From assembly GCA_027622665.1 (NCBI GenBank), contig JAQBYT010000002.1, positions 128,001 to 192,000 on the forward strand: a stretch of 64,000 bases of DNA, written 5' to 3'. Source of the DNA: Verrucomicrobiota bacterium (GTDB lineage: Bacteria; Verrucomicrobiota; Verrucomicrobiia; Opitutales; Seribacteraceae). Under the pieces are notes generated by a model. It saw nothing but the letters and a program-made list of their open reading frames with translations. It did not search any database and was not told where the DNA came from. A program made the translations under genes and the position numbers. Within the stretch, counting starts at the first letter, position 1. Every line of letters begins with the position of its first letter. Shown in pieces: positions 19,621 to 30,508 of this stretch.

Positions 19621-20739
19621 ATGCAATCCGTCTATATTCCTCCAAGGCGGAAGACCAAGGTTGTCTTCGTGCAACTCGGTTCCCCCGAGGCTCCGACCCC
19701 CAAGGCGTTGCGGAAATACCTCAGGAAATTCCTCGGGGACCCGAGGGTGATCGACATTCCCGCTTGGAAGTGGAAGATCATTCTCAACTGCTTCGTCCTT
19801 CCTTTCAGGCCCGCTAAATCAGCCAAGCTTTACGAGAGAATTTGGGACGGAAAGAGTTTTCCGCTCATCACGAACACGGCTAACTTCACGGAGAGTGTTC
19901 GTGAGGAATTGAAGAAGATCGACCCCGAGGGGTACGTCGAGGTAAACCATGCCTTCCTGCTTTCCCCCCCTTACGTCAATGAAGTATACGACAGTTGGGA
20001 AGAGGATTTGAAGAACAATGTCGGGGCTACCAAATTGATGGTCATCCCTATGTTTCCCCAGTATTCGGAAAGTACGATTGCATCCGGCGTCGACGCCTTG
20101 GGCAAGGAACTTTCCAAGCGGGTCAAAATTCCCACCTTTGAGGTCATCACCAATTTCCACCGCACCCATGCCTTTATTGACAATTCCGTGACTCAATTGG
20201 ATGCCAAGGTGAAGGAACTTAAGAAGGAAGGCATTGAGATCGACAAACTGGTTATCTCCTTCCACGGGATGCAAAAAAGACGCGTCGTTTTCAAAGGGGA
20301 CGACTACTACCGACATTGCTACGAGACCTACCGCCTGATCGTTGACCGACTCAAGCACTTCAAGCCCGAACAAACCGTGATGACTTTCCAGAGCCGCTTC
20401 GGTCGAGAGGAATGGATTACACCCTATACGGAGGAGGTGGTCGAGAACCTGATCAACGAAGGTCACAAGGAACTCATGATTTATTCGCCCAGCTTCGTCG
20501 CGGATTGTCTCGAGACGACGGACGAACTGGGTCACGAGTTGGCCAAGGACGCAAAGAAGTGGGGAGGGAACGTCCATCCCGTCGAGTGCCTCAATACCAA
20601 CGAACAGTGGTGCAAGGATTTTGCCAAATACGTAATGACCCAGGCCGAGGGCTCGGCCCAAGACAAAGAAGACATCGAATACCGGTTGAAGGCGGATGAC
20701 TATGATCATATGCCCGAACTGGCTATGAATCAGTCCTAA
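19621..20739 (+). CDS. hemH: Ferrochelatase
   Basis: QLGSP...YLRKFLGDPRVID, PMFPQYSEST, ISFHG, FQSRFGREEWITPYT, SFVADCLETTDEL. Confidence 0.93.
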   Translation: MQSVYIPPRRKTKVVFVQLGSPEAPTPKALRKYLRKFLGDPRVIDIPAWKWKIILNCFVLPFRPAKSAKLYERIWDGKSFPLITNTANFTESVREELKKIDPEGYVEVNHAFLLSPPYVNEVYDSWEEDLKNNVGATKLMVIPMFPQYSESTIASGVDALGKELSKRVKIPTFEVITNFHRTHAFIDNSVTQLDAKVKELKKEGIEIDKLVISFHGMQKRRVVFKGDDYYRHCYETYRLIVDRLKHFKPEQTVMTFQSRFGREEWITPYTEEVVENLINEGHKELMIYSPSFVADCLETTDELGHELAKDAKKWGGNVHPVECLNTNEQWCKDFAKYVMTQAEGSAQDKEDIEYRLKADDYDHMPELAMNQS

Positions 20740-20968
20740 GTTTCCCGACGTCCTTGCCCCGGTTTTTTTGCGAACAGGTTATCTTTTAGGCTCGTTGAGC
20801 TTTACGTACGCATCGACCCGAATAATAAGTAAAAGGCTTTTTAGGTAGGAGTTTCCCAAAATCACGTTATCTTTCAGGATCGCCAACTTGAACGTTCCAC
20901 CCGCTTGATCAAGATGCAAGGGGAACGAGGAACCGCAGATAAAAACTAACAACCAAAGCTAAAAACTC

Positions 20969-21754
20969 ATGATAACATTCGCCCTTAGATTCAAAATTTC
21001 ATCGATAGCGCTTCTTGTCCTGGTAGGATTTCTTCACGCGGGCAAAAAGCCCGAGGAACAGAATGGATACGACCAAGGAAAGGACGTTGGGTTCAAAGCG
21101 CCCAAGGGAGCTGAAGTTCCCTTCGACGGGACTATGGAATCAATCCGGAAAAATTGGGAAATGTGGCCGAAGAAGGATATGGATATCACCTGGAAGATTA
21201 TGGATAACCCGAATGGCAAGGGAAAGACCTTGATGACGGATGGGGGAAAAAGCTGGGGCACGCATGACTTGGTGACCAAGAAAAAATATTCCGATTACGA
21301 GGGGCATGTTGAATTTATCATGATGGGAGCTCGTGGTGATGGAAAACCGGACGGGTACGCCAACAGCGGAGTCTACATGCAAAACCGCTATGAAATCCAA
21401 ATTGAGTCTCCCAAGGGAAAAAACGTTCAGGATCCGTACAATTGGAAAATCGGGCCACATGGGATTGCTGCCTTTTGCATGGATCGTGTGCCTGACCGCA
21501 ACGCATGGAGACCGAATGGTCAATGGCATGCCTTCCACTTCGTTATCAAGGATGCGAAATGGGAGGGCGGCAAAAAAGTTGCCAATGCACGTGCCACGGT
21601 CTGGTGGAATGGAATCAAAGTTCACGACAACGCCGAAATTAAAAAAGCCAACGGTGGGATCAAGGTGACTTCCTCACCAGGTGGTCTTAAACTTCAGGAG
21701 CATGGTCAAGACGTGCGCTACAGGAACGTTTGGATACTAGATCAATCCAAGTAA
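20969..21754 (+). CDS. DUF1080 (3-keto-disaccharide hydrolase-like) protein
   Basis: Signal peptide; NSGVYMQNRYEIQI; WNGIKVH; LQEHGQDVRYRNVWI. Confidence 0.85.
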   Translation: MITFALRFKISSIALLVLVGFLHAGKKPEEQNGYDQGKDVGFKAPKGAEVPFDGTMESIRKNWEMWPKKDMDITWKIMDNPNGKGKTLMTDGGKSWGTHDLVTKKKYSDYEGHVEFIMMGARGDGKPDGYANSGVYMQNRYEIQIESPKGKNVQDPYNWKIGPHGIAAFCMDRVPDRNAWRPNGQWHAFHFVIKDAKWEGGKKVANARATVWWNGIKVHDNAEIKKANGGIKVTSSPGGLKLQEHGQDVRYRNVWILDQSK

Positions 21755-21802
21755 CGCCGATTTATCCAAGCGCAATCTAAGCGGAGTACTTTACCCATAC
21801 CC

Positions 21803-23423
21803 ATGAATCACAAAACATTCTTTCTCTGCTTTTCCTAACCTTGGTGCATCAGGTTTTGGCCGAGGCCCCTCCGAATTTCATCATCCTTTATGCGGATGAT
21901 CTCGGATATGCCGACACCTCCGTCCAGATGACGGATGCCGAGCCTTCCACTAAACACGATTTCATCCGGACGCCCGGACTCGAGAGGTTGGCCGAAATCG
22001 GAGCCCGCTTCACTGCGGCCTACGCTCCTTCTCCCACCTGCACGGCTTCGCGCATAAGCATCCAGCATGGTCAAACGACTGCCCGAATCCAGTACCGGAA
22101 CGTATTCGACGTTCTTTCCGGCGTTCAGCGCCCGGATGGGTACGATGCGGAGGTGACCATGGCGGAAATGCTGAAGAAAGCCGGAAGAAATTACGTCACC
22201 GCCCGCTTCGGCAAGGGATGCAGCACCATGGGGCGATTTGAAGATGCCGGTTACGGACATTACCGATGAGAATCCGGGCGAACCCGTAGGCAATGGAAAC
22301 GGGCACGGTTCCTATTGGGACCCGATCAAGGATAAGGCTCCGTTTCCTCCGGACAATCCGAAACGCATGTATTCGCTCATGAGAGATTCCGCTGCCTTCG
22401 TCAAGGAGCACGCAGGGAAACAACCTTTCTTCATGATGGTTTCCCATTACGCTCCTCACATTCCTCACCTCTGCACCAAGGAAGCTTTCGAGCGGAACAA
22501 GAAACGCTGGATTGAAATGGGTAGGGATACCGATGGAATTGAAATGGGTAGGGATACCGATGGAATTGAAAAGGAGAAATCGGCCGTCAATAAGGACATC
22601 ACCTATGCGGCGATGGTTGAAGAGATGGACATGACCTTGGTCGCCATACTCGACGCCTTGGAAGCCAAGGGCCAACTAGACAACACCTATGTGATTTTCA
22701 CTTCCGACAACGGAGGTGGTCATTCCGAAAGAAGGGAAGTCGATGGAGAGAAACGCCGGTTCAATGGACCGCTGCAGGAGGGCAAGCGTTCCATTTAGGA
22801 AAGGGGGATTCGGGTCCCTGTGATTATGGCCGGACCAGGGGTTCCCGCCAATTCCCAGTGCGATTTCCCCGTAGCTCAATGGGATTATCTGCCTACCATG
22901 TATTCTCTCGCAGGCAGCAAAACTCAGTTGCCCAATAACTTAGATGGGGTGGATCTCCGTTCGGTTCTGAATAAGGGAAATGCGGGTAAGCTCGCCAAGC
23001 GCGATACCGGCCTGGTCTTTCATTTTCCAGCCTTCTACACTGTCCCTATCACATCCTGCCGAGATGGAGACTTCAAGTTGATGCGTCACTTGAACAGCGG
23101 CGAAATCAAGTTATTTGACGTGGCTAAGGATATGGGGGAAACCAAGGATTTATCCAAGAGCATGCCCGAAAAAAAAAGCGGCCTTGGTTCGAAAACTGGA
23201 TGCCTACTTGAAGAAGGTGGGAGCCTGGACCATGGAGGAAGTATATGAGACCCGCTTTGAAGAATTGGGAAAATGGATCGGAGAGAAAAAACAACTGATT
23301 ACGGACTGCCAGGCAAAACTGAAGAATGACCCCAATGACCGGGATACCCTGTCTAGCCTGAAAAAGCAGAAGCATCTTTGGTTAGGTTCCACAAGACTTT
23401 GGAGCAAGTTCGGGACAATCAAA
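21803..23423 (+). pseudogene. Disrupted sulfatase
   Basis: PNFIILYADDLGY, CTASR and SDNGG motifs spread across several frames. Frameshifts near 21825, 22255, 23170 (poly-A) and 23365; in-frame TAG at 22796-22798 in KRSI*ERGIRVP; internal 27-nt duplication. Confidence 0.85.
22511..22571 (+). repeat. 27-nt perfect tandem duplication (ATTGAAATGGGTAGGGATACCGATGGA x2 + ATTGAAA)
   Basis: Read directly; encodes IEMGRDTDG twice. Confidence 0.95.
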
Positions 23424-23534
23424 AATCGGATAGATGGTTTTAGGGCGGGTGGAAATGTTTTATTAGTTCAGTTACAAATGAAATACTGAAATCGGCTGGC
23501 ATTGGTGAAAGTCGATCGATAGTGTGCGGAATTC

Positions 23535-24524
23535 ATGGATGATGATGAAATCAATCGATTTATTAGGTCCATAACTCAAGCCACTTGTACCGGCAACCAA
23601 GAGGCTGTTCAAAGTTTGTGGAGCGGATATGGTAGTATAAGCCGTATTGTTTTAGATGGGGCCCAATTTTCGAGTGTTATTATAAAACACGTACAATCGG
23701 GCAACGGTGAACACCCCCGAGGTTGGAACACTGATTTGTCGCATCAACGCAAGCTCAAGTCTTATCGAGTAGAAACTCATTGGTACGATCGGCAGCGAGA
23801 GTTACCAACCCCGATCCTTGCCCGGATACCCGAATGTATCGGATTAAAGAATAAAGGGCAGGAAACATTGATAATATTGGAGGATCTCGATGCGTCGGGC
23901 TTCGCTGGGCGGAGAAGTTCAGTCAGTCCAACCGAATGGCAAGCTTGCGTACGTTGGTTGGCGGCTTTTCATGCCGAGCATTTGGGAGCGAAAAACGATG
24001 GGCTTTGGGAAAGCGGAACCTATTGGCATCTGGAGACCCGTCCGGACGAACTGGAGAAACTGGACGATCTTTCCTTGAAAAACGCGGCCGCGTCGATCGA
24101 TGCCAAGCTCAAGGCGTCTGCCTTTCAGACCCTGGTGCATGGGGATGCAAAGCTGGCCAATTTTTGTTTCAGCGCCGATGGTTCGGAAGTTGCCGCGGTG
24201 GACTTTCAATACATTGGTGGAGGATGCGGGATGAAGGATCTGGCTTACTTCGTGGGGAGCTGTTTCAGGGATGAGGAAGCCGAGAGGCGGGAGAGCGAAG
24301 TTTTGGACTTTTACTTCAAGGAGCTGCGGGAATGCCTTAATCGGATGGAGAATGACGTTTGCCCGGATGAAATGGAATCAGACTGGCGATCCTTGTACCG
24401 GATGGCATGGGCTGACTTCCATCGTTTCATGAAGGGCTGGAGCCCGGGCCATTGGAAACTCAGCGACTACAGCGAACGGGTCACCCGCGAGGTGATCGAT
24501 TCCTTGCAGGAGCCAAGGGCATGA
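23535..24524 (+). CDS. Phosphotransferase (EcKinase/choline-kinase-like)
   Basis: [45 protein letters not shown]. Confidence 0.85.
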   Translation: MDDDEINRFIRSITQATCTGNQEAVQSLWSGYGSISRIVLDGAQFSSVIIKHVQSGNGEHPRGWNTDLSHQRKLKSYRVETHWYDRQRELPTPILARIPECIGLKNKGQETLIILEDLDASGFAGRRSSVSPTEWQACVRWLAAFHAEHLGAKNDGLWESGTYWHLETRPDELEKLDDLSLKNAAASIDAKLKASAFQTLVHGDAKLANFCFSADGSEVAAVDFQYIGGGCGMKDLAYFVGSCFRDEEAERRESEVLDFYFKELRECLNRMENDVCPDEMESDWRSLYRMAWADFHRFMKGWSPGHWKLSDYSERVTREVIDSLQEPRA

Positions 24525-25378
24525 TGGACCTGAGCTCATTGACCAAGCAGGCGGTTCAAGCCGCCCTCGAGGCCGGCGAGCTCATTCGTTCTTATCAGGA
24601 CCGGGAGGTTGAAGTTCTGCATAAGGAGGGTGGGGACACCTATGCGTCTCTAGTCGTGACAGAGGTCGACCGCAAAGCCCAGGATGCCATTTTGAGGATT
24701 CTCGGTCCGTCCTGCGAAGAGTACGATCTGGCGGTGCTCACCGAGGAGAACGAGGATGACGGCAGCCGTTTCGAAAAGGATTGTTTCTGGTGCATCGACC
24801 CGATGGACGGCACCTTGCCCTTTATTCGAAAGGAACCCGGCTATTCGGTTTCCATCGGTTTGGTGGCCCGGGACGGTTCGCCCCAAATCGGAGTGATTTT
24901 CGATCCCGTTCACGACGTTCTATGGCAGGCGACGAAGGGGCAGGGCGTTCAAAGAAACGGCGAGCCTTGGACCTTGAATTCATCAGCCAAGGAACTGACC
25001 TTTACCTACGACCGGAGTTTTATGAATCGCCCCGAGTTCGAGCGGGTAATGGAGGCACTGCAAGCCTATGCCCATTCCATCGGATTGAATGGCTTGGTGG
25101 CTACCCAGTTCGGTGGCGCGGTGATCAATGCTTGCCATGCCTTGGAACAGGCCCCTGGTTGTCATTTCAAGTTTGCCAAACCGCAGGAAGGTGGAGGAAG
25201 TCTCTGGGATTATGCGGCTACCGCATGCCTATTTGTGGAAGCCGGAGCCGTGGTCAGTGATGTTCATGGTGCTCCGCTCGACCTCAACCGGGCCGACTCC
25301 ACCTTCATGAATCATCGCGGGGCCTTGTATGCGACCGACCATGGCCTTGCTCAACGGATCCGGGAGATCCTAGCCTAA
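24521..25378 (+). CDS. Inositol monophosphatase family / CysQ-like phosphatase
   Basis: [18 protein letters not shown] and WDYAA motifs; ATGA overlap with the kinase gene. Confidence 0.88.
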   Translation: MMDLSSLTKQAVQAALEAGELIRSYQDREVEVLHKEGGDTYASLVVTEVDRKAQDAILRILGPSCEEYDLAVLTEENEDDGSRFEKDCFWCIDPMDGTLPFIRKEPGYSVSIGLVARDGSPQIGVIFDPVHDVLWQATKGQGVQRNGEPWTLNSSAKELTFTYDRSFMNRPEFERVMEALQAYAHSIGLNGLVATQFGGAVINACHALEQAPGCHFKFAKPQEGGGSLWDYAATACLFVEAGAVVSDVHGAPLDLNRADSTFMNHRGALYATDHGLAQRIREILA

Positions 25379-25492
25379 TTCCCGCGATAAGGGTGGAGTA
25401 CCCACCTAGCCAATTTAGTCGGCGCCACACAAAGGAATTCGTTTCTGCGCTTATCCCTTGCAGGAAACGATTGAAATTCGAAGGATCACGAT

Positions 25493-27685
25493 ATGTCTAA
25501 GATGAAAAAAATCAGCCCTCTCGTTTTCTTTGCAATCATCCTGTTGGCTTCCCTTTCTTCTGCCGCGGAGCGTCCGAATATCCTCTACCTCTACGTCGAC
25601 GACATGGGGTGGGGTTCGATTGGCCCGAATGGTCAAATCGAGCGCAAGGCTGCAGGCAAGCCCTATGTGCTGACTCCGAACTTGGACGGCTTGGCGGCTG
25701 CCGGGGTGAATTTCCGCAGGGGGTATGGATGCACGGTATGTTCCCCCGCCCGTTCTTCCCAGCAAACCGGATTTCATCAAGGTTACACTTTTGCAGACCG
25801 AAACGATCCAAACAACGCGAAGAAGGCAATCCGTACGGAGGACCTGACCATGGGGGACGTTCTGGCAAAGGCCGGCTATGCGACGGGTTACTGGGGCAAG
25901 TGGGGCTACGGTGGTTCTTCGTCCGGGAAGAATCCCACGCTCGACAATCTCCAGACCTTGCCGACCACCCACGGTTATCACTACGTCGTGGCCGAGCTGC
26001 ATCACGTGCGGGCTCATACCTTCTTCCAGCCGACCCTCTGGAACGCTCCCGCCAAGCCCGGGACAATGGGCGGACTCGAGCTCAAGCCCAACAGTATGGC
26101 CAAGTATACAAACAACAAGGCCTACCCGAATTATCCGGCTTTGCAAAATCATCCGGATTACCCGAAGGTAGCCTACTGTGATGACGTCTATGCCTTTGCC
26201 GCCCTAGATTTCGTGCGCAAGCAGGGGATTCGTTACAACCAAAGCGGTAAGCCCTTCTTCGGTTTGTTTGCCGCCCAGATCCCGCATGGACCTTTTGGTG
26301 ACGTTCAGAAGCTCCCCGATTGGGACCAGGCGTACAAGGATAAGCCCTACTTTCAAAAACTGGCCGCCCAGTCCAAGCAGTGGTGCGCCATGGTCACCCG
26401 CATCGACGCCCATTTCGGCAACCTGCTCGCTGCCTTGGAGGATCCGAATGGTGATGGGGACAAATCGGATTCGATCGCCAAAAATACCTTGGTGGTTTTC
26501 CAGTCGGACAACGGCGGACCCAATGGCAGCAATCGCACTCAGTTGGATGCCAATGGCGGTTTGTTGGGTTCGAAGGGAAGCATTTTCGAGGGAGGCATTC
26601 GCGTGCCGACCATCATGCGCTGGCCTGCAAAGATTACGGCCCGATCAAAACTGAAGGTCGGCTCGAATACGGACCTGGTCGTGGACTGCTCCGACCTGCT
26701 GCCCACTTTTTGCGATTTGGCGGGCACGCCGACTCCCATCGGCTTGAGTGGAGTCTCACTGGCCCCGACGCTGACGGGGGAGGGAAAACAACGAGTTCGC
26801 GAGTTCTTGATTCATGAGGCGGGTGGCCGAGCTTCGATCATTCGAGGTCGCTACAAATTAATCCGTTCGCGTGGAAACGACAAGGTCGAGAAGCCGGTCG
26901 GAAAGAATAAGAAACGACGTAAAAAAGGCGAAGACGGGAAAGAGTCGCAGCAAGTCCAGTTCTACGACCTGAAGGCCGATCCGGCCGAGAAAAACAACAT
27001 AGTCTCGAAGCATCCGCAATTGGTCGAGGAGCTCAATGCTTTGCTCACGGGTGAACGTGTGGATGAAGCAGCAGGCTTTGCCAACACCTATCATTCCTGG
27101 CAGGGGGCGAAGGATGCCTCTATCGCCAAGTCCTCGAATTGGAGTGATTACATTTACCAAAACGCCGGCGAAACCTATATACAGGAAAGCGGTTCCCCGA
27201 AAGCCCATTGGTGCGCGAAAATTGTCCAAGGTTCGGTCCTGGCTGATCAGGATGTCGCATTTCTCGGGCTTGAACTCAGTGGAAAACTGACGGTGAAGCC
27301 CGGCGTAAAGATCAGTGCCCGCAATGAACTGCGGGTTGCGGACAAGGGTCAATTGATTCTCGAGGGCGGTTCGGTCGGTTCCTTGCGGTGGCTGGACGTC
27401 CGGGATGGCGGGACGTTGACGGGCCATGGCGTGGTGAACGCCGCCCTTTACTCAAAGGGTACGCTGGCCTTGAGCTTGATGAAACCCTTGGTCGTGGAAG
27501 GTCCGGTTCAACTCTCGGGCAAGCTAAGCCTGGTGGAGACGGGCAAAGCAAAGAAGGGGCAAAACCACACCGTGCTGAAGGCAAAATCAATCACCGGACG
27601 TTTTGCCAATGACGAGATATCGCTTGCAGGTAAAAGCTACTTGATCGGGTATGCCGCGACCTCGGTAACGGTGACGGTCAAGTAA
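25493..27685 (+). CDS. Sulfatase with C-terminal beta-rich extension
   Basis: PNILYLYVDDMGWG, CSPARSSQQTG, GKWG, SDNGG, FEGGIRVP; about 200-aa C-terminal beta-strand-rich region (GGTLTGHGVV...). Confidence 0.9.
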   Translation: MSKMKKISPLVFFAIILLASLSSAAERPNILYLYVDDMGWGSIGPNGQIERKAAGKPYVLTPNLDGLAAAGVNFRRGYGCTVCSPARSSQQTGFHQGYTFADRNDPNNAKKAIRTEDLTMGDVLAKAGYATGYWGKWGYGGSSSGKNPTLDNLQTLPTTHGYHYVVAELHHVRAHTFFQPTLWNAPAKPGTMGGLELKPNSMAKYTNNKAYPNYPALQNHPDYPKVAYCDDVYAFAALDFVRKQGIRYNQSGKPFFGLFAAQIPHGPFGDVQKLPDWDQAYKDKPYFQKLAAQSKQWCAMVTRIDAHFGNLLAALEDPNGDGDKSDSIAKNTLVVFQSDNGGPNGSNRTQLDANGGLLGSKGSIFEGGIRVPTIMRWPAKITARSKLKVGSNTDLVVDCSDLLPTFCDLAGTPTPIGLSGVSLAPTLTGEGKQRVREFLIHEAGGRASIIRGRYKLIRSRGNDKVEKPVGKNKKRRKKGEDGKESQQVQFYDLKADPAEKNNIVSKHPQLVEELNALLTGERVDEAAGFANTYHSWQGAKDASIAKSSNWSDYIYQNAGETYIQESGSPKAHWCAKIVQGSVLADQDVAFLGLELSGKLTVKPGVKISARNELRVADKGQLILEGGSVGSLRWLDVRDGGTLTGHGVVNAALYSKGTLALSLMKPLVVEGPVQLSGKLSLVETGKAKKGQNHTVLKAKSITGRFANDEISLAGKSYLIGYAATSVTVTVK

Positions 27686-27714
27686 TCATTTCTCGATATC
27701 TTCAGTCGCAAATC

Positions 27715-28186
27715 ATGAAAACAAGCCTGGTCCTATGCCTCTTCATGGGGTTGCTTATTCACGCTACTTCCGCCGAAGAAACAGCCAAGCTCAAGTTTCA
27801 AACCTACTCGGGTTATTTCGTCTCCAATAAATTCGAGCCCGATTCTTCTGCTTCCTTCGTTGTCCTCGACAACCGAAAGCAGTTCGGTCAGGTCTTTGGC
27901 GTCGCTTTCGTCATCGGAGACAAGTCGTCTCGCCCCCGATGTCTTCAATACCCAGCTGGTTTTAGCCGCCATCAGGCGAGGCAAGGTCTTTTATACCTAC
28001 CGAGTCACCTCTGTGACCGAACAGGGCGGGGTGGTGCAACTGCGTTACCAAACGAGAATCAAGAAAAGCGACTCGGCTACTTTCGCTTGCTCGTTGATCC
28101 TCTCGATCCCAAATGGGAAATGTCAGGCAGTCGAGTTTTACGAAAACGACAAACTGTTCAAGCGCTTGGCAATCGTTGGCAAATAA
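27715..28186 (+). pseudogene. Secreted hypothetical protein split by a frameshift near 27925
   Basis: Signal peptide and FQTYSGYFVSNKFEP in one frame; plausible continuation RLAPDVFNTQLVLAAIRRG...VEFYENDK in the 27860..28186 frame. Confidence 0.6.
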
Positions 28187-28359
28187 CCTAAAAGGGCACG
28201 GTTTCCTTTCTCTGCCTGGCTTAGCGTTTCTCTCGGGTTCGAGCCCTAGGTTATTGCCCGCCCCAATCCTACAAAATTATAGTTTATCGTTTGAAAAAAG
28301 AACTTTAACCTCAACAATCCCCAAAGAACTCAAATACAACCCACCTCCAGACAACTGAC

Positions 28360-29745
28360 ATGAAACAAACGATCCTTCTCCTTGCCACTTTCTTATTTGT
28401 GTCTGCAGTGCTGCAGGCGGCCAAGCCCAACTTCATTATCATCTTCGCTGATGACCAGGGTTACGGCGACCTGAGTTGTTTTGGTTCCAAGACAATCGAT
28501 ACCCCGAACATCGACCGCATTGCCAAGGAAGGCCGCAAGTTCACGAGTTTCATGGTGGCCTCCCCGGTCTGCACGCCGTCCCGGGCCGCCTTGCTCACGG
28601 GTTGTTATCCCAAGCGAGTCGGCATGCACCAGCACGTCTTGTTTCCGTCATCGACCAAGGGGCTGAACCCCAAGGAGCACACCATTGCCGATCACTTGAA
28701 GGGCCAAGGCTATGCCACTGCCTGTTTCGGCAAGTGGCATCTCGGCCATCACAAGGAAGTGCTTCCGACCTCCAACGGGTTCGACACTTACTTCGGCATC
28801 CCATACTCCAACGACATGAACCACCCCGACAACAAAGAAAAGCCAAGGGGCGGTTGGGAAGGCATGGATATTCTATGGAACAATCCGGAATCGACCCTCA
28901 CCAAATGGAAAACCCCGTTGTTCGAGGACGAGAAAATTATCGAGGTGCCGGTGGACCAGCGCACCGTCACGCGGCGCTATACCCAGAAGTCCATCGACTT
29001 CATCAAGGCCAACAAGGACAAGCCATTCTTTGTCTACTTGCCGCATTCTATGCCGCATATTCCGCTTTATGTCCCGGATGAAGTCCGCGACCCCAATCCC
29101 AAGAACGCCTATATTAACACTATCGAGCACATCGATTCCGAGGTGGGCCGCCTGCTCAAGGCGCTGGACGACCTCAAACTCGTCGACAACACTTACGTCA
29201 TCTACACCACGGACAATGGTCCTTGGCTGCAGTTCCGTCACCACGGAGGTTCCGCGGGACCGCTCCGCGAGGGTAAGGGAACAACCTTTGAAGGCGGTCA
29301 GCGTGTACCTTGCGTGATGCGCGGCCCGGGGATTCCCGCGGGTACGGTCTGCGACGAACTCACCGGCACCATCGATGTCCTACCGACCATTGCGGCCCTG
29401 ACCGGCAAGCCCCTGCCTGCCGGTAACAAGATTGACGGACTGGATGCGTCCGGACTCTGGAAGGGAACCGCCAATAAGTCTCCCCGCAAGGAGTTTCTGC
29501 ACTACACTTCCCGCGGCGACCTCGAGGGACTTCGTAGCGGCAATTGGAAGTTGCTCGTGAAAAAGCAGCGCCGCAACAACGCGGGCAAGGCGCAACTCCA
29601 CCTTTTCGATCTAGCCAAGGACATCGGCGAGAAGAACAACTTGGCCCAGACGAAACCCGGATTAGTCAAGGAACTGCAGGCCCGCATGAAGGCCCTTGAC
29701 GCCGAAGTTACGAACAACGCGCGCCAACCATGGTTCAAAAAGTAA
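28360..29745 (+). CDS. Sulfatase (arylsulfatase A-like; paralog of 13290)
   Basis: PNFIIIFADDQGY, CTPSRAALLTG, GKWHLG, TDNGPW, FEGGQRVP. Confidence 0.93.
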   Translation: MKQTILLLATFLFVSAVLQAAKPNFIIIFADDQGYGDLSCFGSKTIDTPNIDRIAKEGRKFTSFMVASPVCTPSRAALLTGCYPKRVGMHQHVLFPSSTKGLNPKEHTIADHLKGQGYATACFGKWHLGHHKEVLPTSNGFDTYFGIPYSNDMNHPDNKEKPRGGWEGMDILWNNPESTLTKWKTPLFEDEKIIEVPVDQRTVTRRYTQKSIDFIKANKDKPFFVYLPHSMPHIPLYVPDEVRDPNPKNAYINTIEHIDSEVGRLLKALDDLKLVDNTYVIYTTDNGPWLQFRHHGGSAGPLREGKGTTFEGGQRVPCVMRGPGIPAGTVCDELTGTIDVLPTIAALTGKPLPAGNKIDGLDASGLWKGTANKSPRKEFLHYTSRGDLEGLRSGNWKLLVKKQRRNNAGKAQLHLFDLAKDIGEKNNLAQTKPGLVKELQARMKALDAEVTNNARQPWFKK

Positions 29746-29767
29746 GCTCGGCCATCCTGACCTGCCC

Positions 29768-30421
29768 ATGAAAACGCGTACGGTCTTTGCCCTATTCTTT
29801 CTTGTCCTGACCGCATCCTTGGAAGCCAAGGAGTTGCCCAAGGCTCTTCTCATCGGTGATTCCATTTCGATTGGCTATACCCCGCACGTCGTGGTGGCAT
29901 TGAAGGGCAAGGTCGACGTCAGACACCATAAGGGAAACGCCCAGCACACCGGCACGGGGCAGAAGATGCTGGATCGCTGGCTCGGAGAAACGGATTGGGA
30001 CGTCATCCATTTCAACTGGGGGTTGTGGGATCTCTGCTACCGTCATCCACAATCCAAGGAGCAGGGGCGTCGGGACAAGGAGCGTGGAACTCTCACCACC
30101 TCGTTTGAACAGTACGAGAAGAATCTGGACCAGTTGGCGGCTCGCTTGAAGAAGGCCAAGGCCAAGTTGATCTGGGCTCACACCACCACGGTGCCGAAAG
30201 GCGAGGCGGGGCGCAAGGTGGGCGACGACGACAAGTACAACGAAGCCGCCGCCCGCGTAATGAAAAAGCACGGCATCGAGATCAATGACCTGAACGCCTT
30301 GACCGATTCATTTCCTACCGACTTTTCCGTTCGACCCGGTGACGTTCATTACAAGACCGAAGGATCCAAAAAGCTCGGCCAAGCCGTGGCCCTGAAAATA
30401 ATGGAAGCCCTTGGCCGGTAG
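29768..30421 (+). CDS. SGNH/GDSL hydrolase
   Basis: LLIGDSISIGY; IHFNWGLWD; DVHY. Confidence 0.9.
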   Translation: MKTRTVFALFFLVLTASLEAKELPKALLIGDSISIGYTPHVVVALKGKVDVRHHKGNAQHTGTGQKMLDRWLGETDWDVIHFNWGLWDLCYRHPQSKEQGRRDKERGTLTTSFEQYEKNLDQLAARLKKAKAKLIWAHTTTVPKGEAGRKVGDDDKYNEAAARVMKKHGIEINDLNALTDSFPTDFSVRPGDVHYKTEGSKKLGQAVALKIMEALGR

Positions 30422-30508
30422 GATTGGATTGCAGTGTCTCGGTTCCTCTAACAACAATAGGGACCTGACGAAAACCGGCGTCCTCACACCACCCCAAAGC
30501 TTCCCATC

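Noticed and set aside
22511..22571. CRISPR-like repeat
   Set aside because: Only two adjacent copies with no spacer, in frame within a gene, and no cas genes nearby.
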